64,000 nucleotides of DNA from a bacterium (GTDB lineage Bacteria; Patescibacteriota; Minisyncoccia; UBA6257; GWB1-50-10): NCBI GenBank assembly GCA_027310365.1, contig DAIDAY010000001.1, positions 4,142-68,141 on the forward strand, given 5' to 3'. Below are positions 1 to 9,204 of the stretch, piece by piece (the stretch's first letter is position 1; the number at the start of each line of letters is the position of its first letter). Made by a program: the position numbers and the translations under genes. Below the pieces are notes generated by a model. It did no database searches. It saw only the letters and a program-made list of their open reading frames with translations, and was not told the DNA's origin.

Positions 1-2
1 CC

Positions 3-362
3 CCGGCCAGACAGAAATTCAACGAAGGAAAAATTTTCATACAATCGACGTACAACAACACCATCATGACGGTCACCGACAAATCGGGTAATGTAATCGC
101 TTGGATGTCCGCAGGATCTCTCGGGTTTTCCGGTCCTAAGAAAGCGACGCCGTTCGCTGCTTCGAAGGTCGCGGAAGCGATAGTTCAGAAAATAGAAAAG
201 ACGGGACCCTCGACGGTCGAGATTTGCGTCCGTGGTGTCGGCTCCGGCAGGGATTCGGCGGTGCGGTCGTTTGCTTCCAGAGGATTGAACATCACGGCCA
301 TCAAAGATGTGACGCCGATTCCGCACAACGGCCCTAAACCGCCGAAAACGAGGAGGATTTAA
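3..362 (+). CDS. rpsK: 30S ribosomal protein S11 (5' end outside window)
   Basis: Frame open from nt 3 (..IQSTYNNTIMTVTD..); KATPFAA and DVTPIPHNG motifs; alpha operon context. Confidence 0.97.
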   Translation, partial: PARQKFNEGKIFIQSTYNNTIMTVTDKSGNVIAWMSAGSLGFSGPKKATPFAASKVAEAIVQKIEKTGPSTVEICVRGVGSGRDSAVRSFASRGLNITAIKDVTPIPHNGPKPPKTRRI

Positions 363-379
363 AAATATTTAAATTCATT

Positions 380-982
380 ATGAAACCCATCAAGGAAAAA
401 AAAGAACGGGCGCTCGGCATGAAGCTTTTCGTCAAAGCGGAACGCTGTAGTTCACCGAAATGCGCGACGATCAGAAAACCGTACCGGCCGGGCATGCACG
501 GACAGAAAAGGAGGAGGGCGATGTCCGACTATGGCCGCCAGCTCCAGGAAAAGCAGAAAGTACAACTTCTCTACGGTTTGAAAAACAATCAGGTGCGGTT
601 GATGTTCAAGAAACATTCATCCTCGGAAATATTCTCGATTTTGGAACGGCGCTTGGACCGGGTGGTGTACTACTTGGGCTTCGCCGGATCGCCCCGCGTC
701 GCGCGCCAGATGATTTCTCATGGGCACATTCTCGTGAACGGCCGGAAGGTGACAATTCCTTCCTACGGTGTTACCATAGGCGATACGATTGCGATACGGC
801 AGGAATCTCGGCAGAGAAAGCTTTTTGAAGGGATCGCGGAGCGGCTGAAGCAAAAAGAAACACCACCGTGGCTCAAGCTGAATCACGAAAAGTTGGAAGG
901 CGAGTGCTTGGCCATCCCCGACGCTACCGGAATCCAATTGCCTTTCGACATCAGCTTAGTCGGGGAATTTTATTCCCGCTAA
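380..982 (+). CDS. rpsD: 30S ribosomal protein S4
   Basis: PGMHG, QLQEKQK, LERRLD and ARQMISHGHILVNG motifs. Confidence 0.97.
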   Translation: MKPIKEKKERALGMKLFVKAERCSSPKCATIRKPYRPGMHGQKRRRAMSDYGRQLQEKQKVQLLYGLKNNQVRLMFKKHSSSEIFSILERRLDRVVYYLGFAGSPRVARQMISHGHILVNGRKVTIPSYGVTIGDTIAIRQESRQRKLFEGIAERLKQKETPPWLKLNHEKLEGECLAIPDATGIQLPFDISLVGEFYSR

Positions 983-995
983 AGGAGCTGATGAA

Positions 996-1115
996 TCTCG
1001 CGAGAAATCGCGTACGCAAATCAAAGCAAAATACTATGAATAAAGAATCAGTCGAAATGATCGAAAATAATGGACGCAACGCACCGAGTGCGTATGCGTA
1101 CTATTTCTAAGGGGA
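996..1115 (+). repeat. MITE-like element, copy 1 (TGAA-flanked; ends on A of rpoA ATG)
   Basis: TGAA-tctcgcgagaaa...tttctaagggga-TGAA; ends related to copies at 25462, 37513 and 43126. Confidence 0.65.
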
Positions 1116-1864
1116 TGAAATATTCTCATCTCAGTGAGACGGTATCGGTGAAGACCGTCTCGGAAAAAGGAAACGTCGGCATGTTCCACATTGAGGGGCT
1201 TTACACCGGTTACGGTACGACGCTCGGGAACGCGTTGCGGAGAGTGCTCCTCTCGTCTTTGCCGGGAGCAGCTATCACGCAAGTGAAGATTAAAAATGTC
1301 GACCACGAATTTTCAACGCTCCCCGGCATGGCCGAGGACATCGTTGAGTTTACGTTGAATCTCAAAAGAGTCAGGTTTTATTTCACGGCCGACGACCCGC
1401 AGACTCTCGCTTTGAAATTCAAAGGCGAGGGTGAAGTGACGGCGGGCGACATCGACGAGAACACGTTCGTGAGGGTTTTGAATAAGGATTTGCGCTTGGC
1501 GACCATGACGAAAAAGGGAGCCGACATGGAGGTGGAATTGGTGGTTGAAAAAGGCTTGGGATACGTCGTCGCCGAATCGAGAAAAATGGAACGGCTGTCG
1601 GTCGGAACAATCGTCCTGGATTCCATCTTTTCGCCGATTGTGCGGGTTTCTTTCGAAGTTGAAAACATGCGTGTGGGCGACCGGACCGACTACAACCGCC
1701 TGAAGCTTGAGATAGAGACGGACGGATCCATCAGCCCGTCGGAAGCGCTGCACAAAGCCGGGAACGTTTTGAAAGATCATTTCGAAAAAGTTTCAGGGGT
1801 TGAAGTGATAGTTGCCGAAGTTCCGGAAGAAAAGGAAACGAAAGCGGCGAAGAAGAAAAAGTAA
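1115..1864 (+). CDS. rpoA: RNA polymerase alpha subunit, lacking alpha-CTD
   Basis: GYGTTLGNALRRVLLSSLPG, HEFSTLPG and RVGDRTDY motifs; 249 aa from ATG 1115. Confidence 0.95.
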   Translation: MKYSHLSETVSVKTVSEKGNVGMFHIEGLYTGYGTTLGNALRRVLLSSLPGAAITQVKIKNVDHEFSTLPGMAEDIVEFTLNLKRVRFYFTADDPQTLALKFKGEGEVTAGDIDENTFVRVLNKDLRLATMTKKGADMEVELVVEKGLGYVVAESRKMERLSVGTIVLDSIFSPIVRVSFEVENMRVGDRTDYNRLKLEIETDGSISPSEALHKAGNVLKDHFEKVSGVEVIVAEVPEEKETKAAKKKK

Positions 1865-2091
1865 GGGTTCGATACGCAATCTCAAGCCGAAGGCGTAGAA
1901 ATTGCATCTATCAAACCTTACTCCCGCGCTTCATCTTCGCTATACGGGCAATTAATCCCAATGAATATCAATCAGTCGAATACAAAACCAAACACATTAA
2001 ATTCAGCCACTGTAAGTGTGGGGGTGCTCGCTATTGCAGCTAAAACTCCTGCGTTGCGGATGAGCTGGCCATTTTAGGCAATAACGGCATG
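1862..2091 (+). repeat. Structured intergenic element, copy A (before rplQ)
   Basis: 3' ~80 nt aligns with elements before lysS and serS; covarying GCTC..GAGC hairpin. Confidence 0.65.
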
Positions 2092-2439
2092 CGGCATTTG
2101 CACAAAGGAAGAAAATTTGGCTTAAAAACCGGGAGGCGAAAGGCGTTCTTGCGCATTCTGGCGAATAATTTGGTGAGCCACGAACACATCACAACAACCG
2201 AAGCGCGAGCCAAAGAAATCAAATCTCTGGTTGAGCGCTATGTAACTTACGGCAAGCAGCAAAATTTGGCCGGGATGAAGCTTCTCCTCAAGTACTTACC
2301 GAAGAAATCAGCGTACAAGATGTATCATGAAATCGCCCCGCGCTATGCGAAGCGGAACGGCGGGTACCTCCGCGTTTTGAAGGCCATTGCCGCAAGGAAG
2401 AGCGACGGATCGAAAATGGCGAGGATCGAATTTGTATAA
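2089..2439 (+). CDS. rplQ: 50S ribosomal protein L17
   Basis: MRH..GRKFG, ITTTEARAKE and RNGGYLR motifs. Confidence 0.97.
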   Translation: MRHLHKGRKFGLKTGRRKAFLRILANNLVSHEHITTTEARAKEIKSLVERYVTYGKQQNLAGMKLLLKYLPKKSAYKMYHEIAPRYAKRNGGYLRVLKAIAARKSDGSKMARIEFV

Positions 2440-2443
2440 GGTG

Positions 2444-2785
2444 ATGGAACGTACGATAGACGCAAAAAACAAAAGATTGGGCCGCCTGGCTTCCGAAATC
2501 GCTTTGTTGCTCCAGGGCAAAGACAGCCCGAAGTATAACCCGCGCCTTCAAAGCGACAACAAGGTCATTGTCAAAAACGCTTCCGGCATCATCATGACCG
2601 GCACGAAAGAAAAGACGAAAATTTACTACAAACACACCGGCCCGTTGGGACACTTGAAGGAAAACAAGTATGCTGACGTTTTCAAGAAAAATCCGGGGTG
2701 GGTTTTAAAACATGCCGTACGGCTTATGCTTCCCAAGAACAAACTTGCCGCCAAAAGGTTGAGGAATTTGATTGTTGAAAATTAA
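2444..2785 (+). CDS. rplM: 50S ribosomal protein L13
   Basis: IDA..LGRLASEIA..LQGK, YYKHTG and MLPKNKL motifs. Confidence 0.96.
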   Translation: MERTIDAKNKRLGRLASEIALLLQGKDSPKYNPRLQSDNKVIVKNASGIIMTGTKEKTKIYYKHTGPLGHLKENKYADVFKKNPGWVLKHAVRLMLPKNKLAAKRLRNLIVEN

Positions 2786-3207
2786 TGCCTCCGAAAAAAA
2801 CAACCAGCAAGGAAAAATACACAGAAGCCATCGGCAGGAGAAAAACCGCGACTGCCCGCGTACGCCTGACGCCGAAGAAATCAGCAAAAGAAATTGAAGT
2901 TATCGTAAACGGCAAGGAAATCACGAAATATTTCCCCGTCAAAAAGAACCAAGATACCGTCCACGCGCCCTTCAAAGCGCTCGCGCTCACGGAATATGTC
3001 GGGCATGTCATCGTTTCCGGCGGGGGAATGAATGCGCAGGCGGAAGCGATCCGTTTGGGATTCGCCCGGGCCTTGGTTGCTATCGATCCTTCATGGAGAT
3101 CGGCTTTGAAAACGCTCGGATTTCTCAAGCGGGATCCCCGCATGGTGGAACGCAAGAAATTCGGCTCCCGCAAAGCAAGACGGCCTCAACAGTGGAGGAA
3201 GCGTTAG
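2785..3207 (+). CDS. rpsI: 30S ribosomal protein S9
   Basis: GRRKTATARV, SGGG..AQAEAIR and RDPRMVERKKFG motifs. Confidence 0.97.
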   Translation: MPPKKTTSKEKYTEAIGRRKTATARVRLTPKKSAKEIEVIVNGKEITKYFPVKKNQDTVHAPFKALALTEYVGHVIVSGGGMNAQAEAIRLGFARALVAIDPSWRSALKTLGFLKRDPRMVERKKFGSRKARRPQQWRKR

Positions 3208-3331
3208 CTTCCGGAACTGCTGTATGATATTGACAGCAATTCCTTCCAGGGTGTATTTATTTTTTGCTTACTTCAAAAGCTTTTTTGTTGCATAATTACT
3301 TCATGCTTCAATTAAGCTATAATAAATTTTC

Positions 3332-3751
3332 ATGAAAGAAAGTACGAGTGCAGGCGGAGTTGTATTGAACAAGAAGGAGCGGGTGCTCATTGTCAATCAG
3401 CGTGGAAGTTTGTGGTCTCTGCCGAAAGGGCATATTGAAAAAGGGGAAGATGCCCTTGCGGCCGCCAAGAGAGAAATCGCGGAAGAGGCCGGTATTACCC
3501 AACTTGAATTCATTAAAGAGTTGGGAAGTTGTCAGCGTTATAAAATCGGATTAGATGGAGACGATGATCGATCAGAACTGAAAAATATCACAATGTTTCT
3601 CTTTACAACATCACAGAGCGCTTTAAAACCCATTGATCTGGAAAATCCGGAGGCTCGATGGGTTGAGAAAAGTGAAGTTGCTGAATTACTTACTCACCCG
3701 AAGGATAAAGAGTTTTTCTTAAGAGTAGTAGACAGGTTCGAATCGGGATAA
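3332..3751 (+). CDS. NUDIX hydrolase
   Basis: Nudix box PKGHIEKGEDALAAAKREIAEEAG. Confidence 0.9.
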   Translation: MKESTSAGGVVLNKKERVLIVNQRGSLWSLPKGHIEKGEDALAAAKREIAEEAGITQLEFIKELGSCQRYKIGLDGDDDRSELKNITMFLFTTSQSALKPIDLENPEARWVEKSEVAELLTHPKDKEFFLRVVDRFESG

Positions 3752-3781
3752 CCAAGCGGTCATTTTTGTCATAATAGTCTC

Positions 3782-4317
3782 ATGCCCATCAAAGACGGTT
3801 TCATTCTTAGCGTAGTCGATAAAGACGATAACATTATCAGCCAAGCAACTCGCAAGGAAATCCACGAAAAAGGATTACTTCATTGTGAAATCCATGTTTG
3901 GTTTGTCACTCCTGATGGAAAAATAATTTTCCAGCATAGAGTCAAGGACAAGGATACTTTCCCCGATCTGCTAGATGCGACCGTCGGCGGCCATGTCGAG
4001 ATAGATGATTCTTACAAAAATACCGCTTTGAAGGAGATGAAAGAAGAAGCAGGCATTCGGGGCAACCCCAAAGATTTGCACTTCATCATTAAGTTCGCCA
4101 AACGCTCCGAAGACCCGGTGACAAAAACGATCAACAATACCATCCGGGCGCAATATGCCTATGTATATCGAGGCACGATAAGCGATCTCAAGATCGAAGA
4201 GGGGAAAGGTCTTGGTTTCGAGGCTTGGCTGAAAGCGATAGGAAGAAATTTATCCCTCTTATCTTGGGACCAGATATGCTTGCGCTGTTCCAGAGCATGA
4301 AGAAATTAATAGCATGA
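3782..4317 (+). pseudogene. NUDIX (IDI/YfcD-like) hydrolase, probably frameshifted near 4228
   Basis: GGHVE..ALKEMKEEAG box; a plausible C-terminus continues in another frame to a TGA overlapping the next ATG. Confidence 0.6.
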
Positions 4318-4874
4318 AAAAAGTGTTTATTGCCCATGGATTTGAAAGCCGCCCCAACGGCGGATGGCGGCCGTGGCTTATGGGAGAGCTTGAAAAAATT
4401 GATGTCTATGCATGTGCGCTTCCCATGCCAACTCCAGAGAATCCGGTTTGTTCCGAATGGGTGGAAGAAATCTCGAGACAAGTTAAGAGAAACGAAAGTG
4501 ATGAGATTCATTTGGTGGGACATAGCTTAGGTGTCCCAGCCATTCTCCGCTATCTAGAATCTACCCAAACAAGAATAGCGGGGGCAGTTCTCGTCTCTGG
4601 CCCCTGCGAAAAGAACGACAATAGAAAGATAGACAGCTTTCTAGGCAAGCCATTTGATTACGGAAGTATCAAATCAAAAGCCGGTAGATTTGTGATTATT
4701 CAAGGCGATAACGATCCTAACATACCGATGAGTAATGCGGAAACGTTGTCTAAAGAGTTGGATGGAAAACTCATCGTTATTCCAAATGGTGGTCACCTGA
4801 ATGGAGCGAGCGGGTGGTATCAGTTACCGCAATGCCTGAATGCCCTGAAAGAAATGGTGAATTTATACTCATGA
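4314..4874 (+). CDS. RBBP9/YdeN-family alpha/beta hydrolase
   Basis: HG, GHSLG nucleophile elbow, DNDP and GGHLN. Confidence 0.9.
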   Translation: MKKVFIAHGFESRPNGGWRPWLMGELEKIDVYACALPMPTPENPVCSEWVEEISRQVKRNESDEIHLVGHSLGVPAILRYLESTQTRIAGAVLVSGPCEKNDNRKIDSFLGKPFDYGSIKSKAGRFVIIQGDNDPNIPMSNAETLSKELDGKLIVIPNGGHLNGASGWYQLPQCLNALKEMVNLYS

Positions 4875-4993
4875 ATTTTTGACGACGCTCGGACAAAACA
4901 ATAGCAAAAGCTTTTGTTTTGCTCCTCGCTTGTCAAAATAAGACTTGTCGGCATCGTCCGGAGACAGCCTGAGTGATGGCGACTGGCGAGCCC

Positions 4994-6319
4994 CTACTTC
5001 TGCGCCAAGCTAACCCCGAAGAGGGAATTGTTCTTGATATAGTAGAGATTTGTGCCGGAAAGAAGCATTTTCGTCACGCCGCGGTCGATGAGGTACTGGT
5101 TTTGTGGCGCTCGCCCGTCCATTTCACTCACGACAAGCGAGCCATTTTCCAAAAGGACGCCGTAGTTTAAAGCGGAAGGAAGCCACAGAAAATCGGAAAC
5201 GGGCTTCGCCGTTTGTATTTTCCACGCAGTTCCTCTTTCCACTTGGTAGTCTCTTTTATAGTCATTGACGGCGAGGACGGACAGCGTACCGTTCTCATCA
5301 GTCAAAGCAAGACGGTCGTTATCGAAAGAAGGATATATTTTACTCACGATTCCGGAAATGGTTTTAATCGGGGTGGACGTGCCACTTGACCGGTCGTATT
5401 CATAAAATTGTCCAGCCAGATCGGTGAGGTAAAGGATGTTTCCGGAATCTCCGGCGATTGCGCTTATGCCGTCATTGAGGCCGGTCTTCATCGTTGCCGT
5501 GGTTCTGAGGATGAGATTGGCTGCGAAGAGAGTGCCATCGTTTTGAGCAACGATAATTTCGTTGCCGTTCTTGTAGGAATATCGGTTGCCGTTCACGGCA
5601 TAGAGTCTTTGGCTTATGCCGGTCGTTTCACTCACGGAATAAAGATATTTTGTGCCGGCTGCGACGAGGGCGTTTTGGTCGAAAGGATGATAAAACCATT
5701 TCTTGATCACGGCGCCCGGAGGAAGCGAAAGCGGCACACTGCTCGTCGGATTTCTCAAATCGATGAAGTAAAAATCAATTCCGTCGGAAATCACGACGCT
5801 GCTTTTATTTTCGTCGTTCAGAGCGACAGAACTTCCTCCTATTTTCTGGTCCCCAAAGAAAAGATTTCCCTTTGTGTCCTTTATCATGAGTCCGTTTCCG
5901 GTAAGCCAGAAATTGGAAACGGAAAGATCTGATATCTTTTTGGCATTCCAGTCGGTCGGCCAGAGACCGATCGCGGAGGCAGCGGTAACGATGCCTGGTC
6001 GCACTTCGAGATTCTTTTCCCACGGCGAAAATCCGGGGTAACTCACCTTGATGTTGTACGAACCGGGGGTGAGATTGCTTATAAACATTCCGCTCGTAAA
6101 GAGGTTGGTAATAATGTTTGCATATTCGTGCGCTTGCCCGTTGATATCAACCTCCGCATCCTTCGGCGAGTAATTGAGGTAAATACCGCCCGTTTTCAGG
6201 AATTGGAATGTACGAAAATCGAAGACAAGTCCTTGAGCAGAGATAATAAGATAAGCGCCCCCGATTACAAAAACCCCGGCAAGCACCCAGAGAAAAAATT
6301 TTCTCGCTTTTACATTCAT
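4994..6319 (-). CDS. PEGA-domain membrane-anchored protein with beta-rich C-terminal region
   Basis: N-terminal TM, then TGGIYLNYSPKDAEVDING..NLTPGSYNIKVSYPGFSPWEK. Confidence 0.8.
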   Translation of the reverse strand: MNVKARKFFLWVLAGVFVIGGAYLIISAQGLVFDFRTFQFLKTGGIYLNYSPKDAEVDINGQAHEYANIITNLFTSGMFISNLTPGSYNIKVSYPGFSPWEKNLEVRPGIVTAASAIGLWPTDWNAKKISDLSVSNFWLTGNGLMIKDTKGNLFFGDQKIGGSSVALNDENKSSVVISDGIDFYFIDLRNPTSSVPLSLPPGAVIKKWFYHPFDQNALVAAGTKYLYSVSETTGISQRLYAVNGNRYSYKNGNEIIVAQNDGTLFAANLILRTTATMKTGLNDGISAIAGDSGNILYLTDLAGQFYEYDRSSGTSTPIKTISGIVSKIYPSFDNDRLALTDENGTLSVLAVNDYKRDYQVERGTAWKIQTAKPVSDFLWLPSALNYGVLLENGSLVVSEMDGRAPQNQYLIDRGVTKMLLSGTNLYYIKNNSLFGVSLAQK

Positions 6320-6384
6320 CCCATGAGAGACCGGAAACATTTCAATCTGTTCTTGGGGTAGCATTTGCCCATGACTGATTTCAA

Positions 6385-6585
6385 TCAAATACGTCTCTCT
6401 CGACCTTGCGCTTTCTTCATTGAGACGAGCTTCGCGGTAGACCAGTTTCCCGGGAGCATATCCTTCTTAGTCCAGGCTGATTTTCCTTCATCCATTATGC
6501 CGATTAAAACGTTTTCGTAAATCATAGATGCTCTCGATATATCATTTCCCGTTCTTCTGCTCTCGATGGCATGCGCATAAAACAT
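6385..6585 (-). CDS. small hypothetical protein
   Basis: 66-aa ORF filling an intergenic gap; no motif. Confidence 0.3.
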   Translation of the reverse strand: MFYAHAIESRRTGNDISRASMIYENVLIGIMDEGKSAWTKKDMLPGNWSTAKLVSMKKAQGRERRI

Positions 6586-6691
6586 CGCACTGTGTCTCCA
6601 ACAGGATCCGTTCGGGGTAATTATCCACTAAATTCTCCTTTAGAGCAATTGCTTATCCCCTAAGGGTGAGAGATAATATCGACAGAAACAA

Positions 6692-8071
6692 ATGCAAAAT
6701 CCAGCTGGCGAAAAATTCATAGTTCAAGGAGGGAAATCGCTTGAGGGGAAAATACGGCTTTCGGGCGCCAAGAATGCGGCGACAAAGATACTGATCGCTT
6801 CGCTCCTCACGGATAAAGAATGTGTTCTGGAGAATTTCCCGGAGATCGGCGACACGAAGATTGTTTTGGAACTGTGCGGGATGCTGGGAAGCGCGATAGA
6901 GACAGGGGATCATACCGTGAAGATTCGGACGAGGGAAATCACCAATACGAAAATTTCCGGACTCTCAAGGCGGAACCGGATACCGATCCTCGCGTTGGGC
7001 CCGCTCTTATCGAGGGTCGGCACGGGCGAAGTGCCGGTTGTGGGGGGGGATAAAATCGGTCCTCGGCCAGTTGATATGCACATTGAGGGCCTGAAAACGC
7101 TGAGCGCCGAAGTGGAAACCGATGGAAATTCGTATAAAGCCGGAGCTCCTCATGGCCTCAAAGGCGCTGAAATAACGCTGAAATATCCTTCCGTCGGGGC
7201 TACGGAGCAGATTGTCATGGCCGCCGTCCTTGCGCGGGGGAAAACGATCCTTCGCAACGCCGCCGTCGAGCCGGAAATCATGGACCTTATCAAGGTTCTT
7301 CAGAAAATGGGGGCTATCATCGAACTGGGAACGAACCGCGTCGTCTCCGTGTACGGCGTCAAAAAGTTGAGAGGCTTTAGGCACAAGATTCTGTCGGATC
7401 GGAACGAAGCGGTTTCCTTCGCATGCCTTGCCGTTGCAACATCGGGAAAAATTTTTGTCGAAGGGGCTTTGCAGGAACATCTGATAACGTTTCTGAACAA
7501 CCTCCGGAGAATCGGCGGTGAATACGATGTTGCCGAAAACGGCATATCGTTTTGGCGGACGAGGAATCTGAACGGTATTAAGATTGAAACCGATACCCAT
7601 CCGGGGTTCATGACCGACTGGCAGCAGCCTTTCACCGTTCTTCTCACGCAAGCGGATGGATCTTCCGTAGTTCATGAGACGGTTTACGAAGACCGCTTCG
7701 AGTACGCGAAAGACTTGAATTTAATGGGTGCGGATATTACAGTAGTGAATGAATGCCTGGGTGATTTACCCTGCCGCTTCAAAGATTCCCCCTGTCCGCA
7801 TAGCGCGATCATCAAAGGGCCGACGAAGCTGAGGGGGAGAGAAATAATGGTTCCGGACATCCGGGCAGGGATTGCTCATCTTCTTGCAGCCATGGTTGCG
7901 GAAGGGGAATCGACCATCAAGGGTATCGACGAGATTGATCGGGGATACGAAAGGATCGATGAAAGATTGAGAAGTTTGGGAGCAGACATAGAGAGGAAAT
8001 TCTCAGCGCCAGATTCTAAGCCCTCAATAAATGCCAATGTTCAAAATCATGAATTCAGAAATACCTTTTAG
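6692..8071 (+). CDS. murA: UDP-N-acetylglucosamine 1-carboxyvinyltransferase
   Basis: SGAKNAA, GGDKIGPRPVD.H, SVGATE, PGFMTDWQ and IDRGYE motifs. Confidence 0.96.
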   Translation: MQNPAGEKFIVQGGKSLEGKIRLSGAKNAATKILIASLLTDKECVLENFPEIGDTKIVLELCGMLGSAIETGDHTVKIRTREITNTKISGLSRRNRIPILALGPLLSRVGTGEVPVVGGDKIGPRPVDMHIEGLKTLSAEVETDGNSYKAGAPHGLKGAEITLKYPSVGATEQIVMAAVLARGKTILRNAAVEPEIMDLIKVLQKMGAIIELGTNRVVSVYGVKKLRGFRHKILSDRNEAVSFACLAVATSGKIFVEGALQEHLITFLNNLRRIGGEYDVAENGISFWRTRNLNGIKIETDTHPGFMTDWQQPFTVLLTQADGSSVVHETVYEDRFEYAKDLNLMGADITVVNECLGDLPCRFKDSPCPHSAIIKGPTKLRGREIMVPDIRAGIAHLLAAMVAEGESTIKGIDEIDRGYERIDERLRSLGADIERKFSAPDSKPSINANVQNHEFRNTF

Positions 8072-8138
8072 TCGTTGTGATTTTTTATTTTGATATTATT
8101 GAGGATTTGGATATTGAGATGTAAGGTTTTAACGAAAT

Positions 8139-9146
8139 ATGTTCACGAAAAAAATAGGCATCGATTTGGGAACCACGAATACGCTGGTTTTTTTGCCCAA
8201 GAAAGGAATTGTCATTAATGAACCGACGGTCGTCGCATTGAGCAAACCAAGCAACGCCGTTCTTGCCGTGGGGGCCGAAGCGAAGGAAATGGTCGGCCGC
8301 ACGCCGGACGACATCGTGACGTACCGCCCGCTGAAAGACGGCGTCATCGCCGAATACTACATAACGGAATCCATGCTCAAATACTTCATCACGAAGAGTG
8401 TTGGAGCATTCAATTTTTGGCGGCCGGACGTGGTGGTTTCGGTCCCGGCGGGCATAACTTCGACTGAATACCGGGCTGTCATCAATGCGGCAAAAGAAGC
8501 CGGCGCAAAGGAAACCTACCCCGTGAAAGAGCCCATTCTCGCGGCTTTGGGCGCGGGCATTCCCATCCACTCGGCGGAAGGCAACATGATCGTGAATATC
8601 GGCGGCGGGACGACCGAGGTCGCCGTGATATCCTTGGGCGGTATCGTGACGTGGCACAGTTTGCGGGTCGCGGGCAACAAGTTCGACCAGTCGATCAGCG
8701 ATTACATCAAGAAAAAGTACAATCTTGCGATCGGCGAGACGAGTTCCGAAAACATCAAAATCAATGTCGGAACGGCACTCCCGACGAGAAATAAAATGGA
8801 GATGAAAATCCGGGGAAGAGATCTCGGTTCCGGACTTCCAAAAGATTTGGTCATCAATTCCAACGAAATCGCCGAGGCAATCAATCAACATCTCCTCGAA
8901 ATCATGAGCGTCGTGCAATCCGTCTTCAACGTGACCCCACCGGAGCTTACGGCCGACATCATGGAAAAGGGCATCATTCTTTCGGGGGGAAGCTCCCAAC
9001 TCCGTGATTTGGAAGAGTTCTTCAAGCGTTCCCTCGGCGTTTCGGCATATACCGCCGAAGACCCAATTCTCTGCGTTGCCAAAGGTACGGCGATGGTTTT
9101 GAGTCACTTGGATGTGTACAAGAGAACATTGTTGAACAAACGATGA
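8139..9146 (+). CDS. mreB: rod shape-determining protein MreB (paralog 1)
   Basis: IGIDLGT, NEPTVVA, RPLKDGVIA and TPPEL motifs. Confidence 0.93.
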   Translation: MFTKKIGIDLGTTNTLVFLPKKGIVINEPTVVALSKPSNAVLAVGAEAKEMVGRTPDDIVTYRPLKDGVIAEYYITESMLKYFITKSVGAFNFWRPDVVVSVPAGITSTEYRAVINAAKEAGAKETYPVKEPILAALGAGIPIHSAEGNMIVNIGGGTTEVAVISLGGIVTWHSLRVAGNKFDQSISDYIKKKYNLAIGETSSENIKINVGTALPTRNKMEMKIRGRDLGSGLPKDLVINSNEIAEAINQHLLEIMSVVQSVFNVTPPELTADIMEKGIILSGGSSQLRDLEEFFKRSLGVSAYTAEDPILCVAKGTAMVLSHLDVYKRTLLNKR

Positions 9147-9204
9147 GCAATGGCGAGTGAATAAACAGCGCCTCGTTACTGAGACTGATCACTGATTATT
9201 TTTT

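Noticed and set aside
1865-1880. GGTTCGA resembling a tRNA T-loop
   Set aside because: No cloverleaf; it is part of the stop-anchored palindrome
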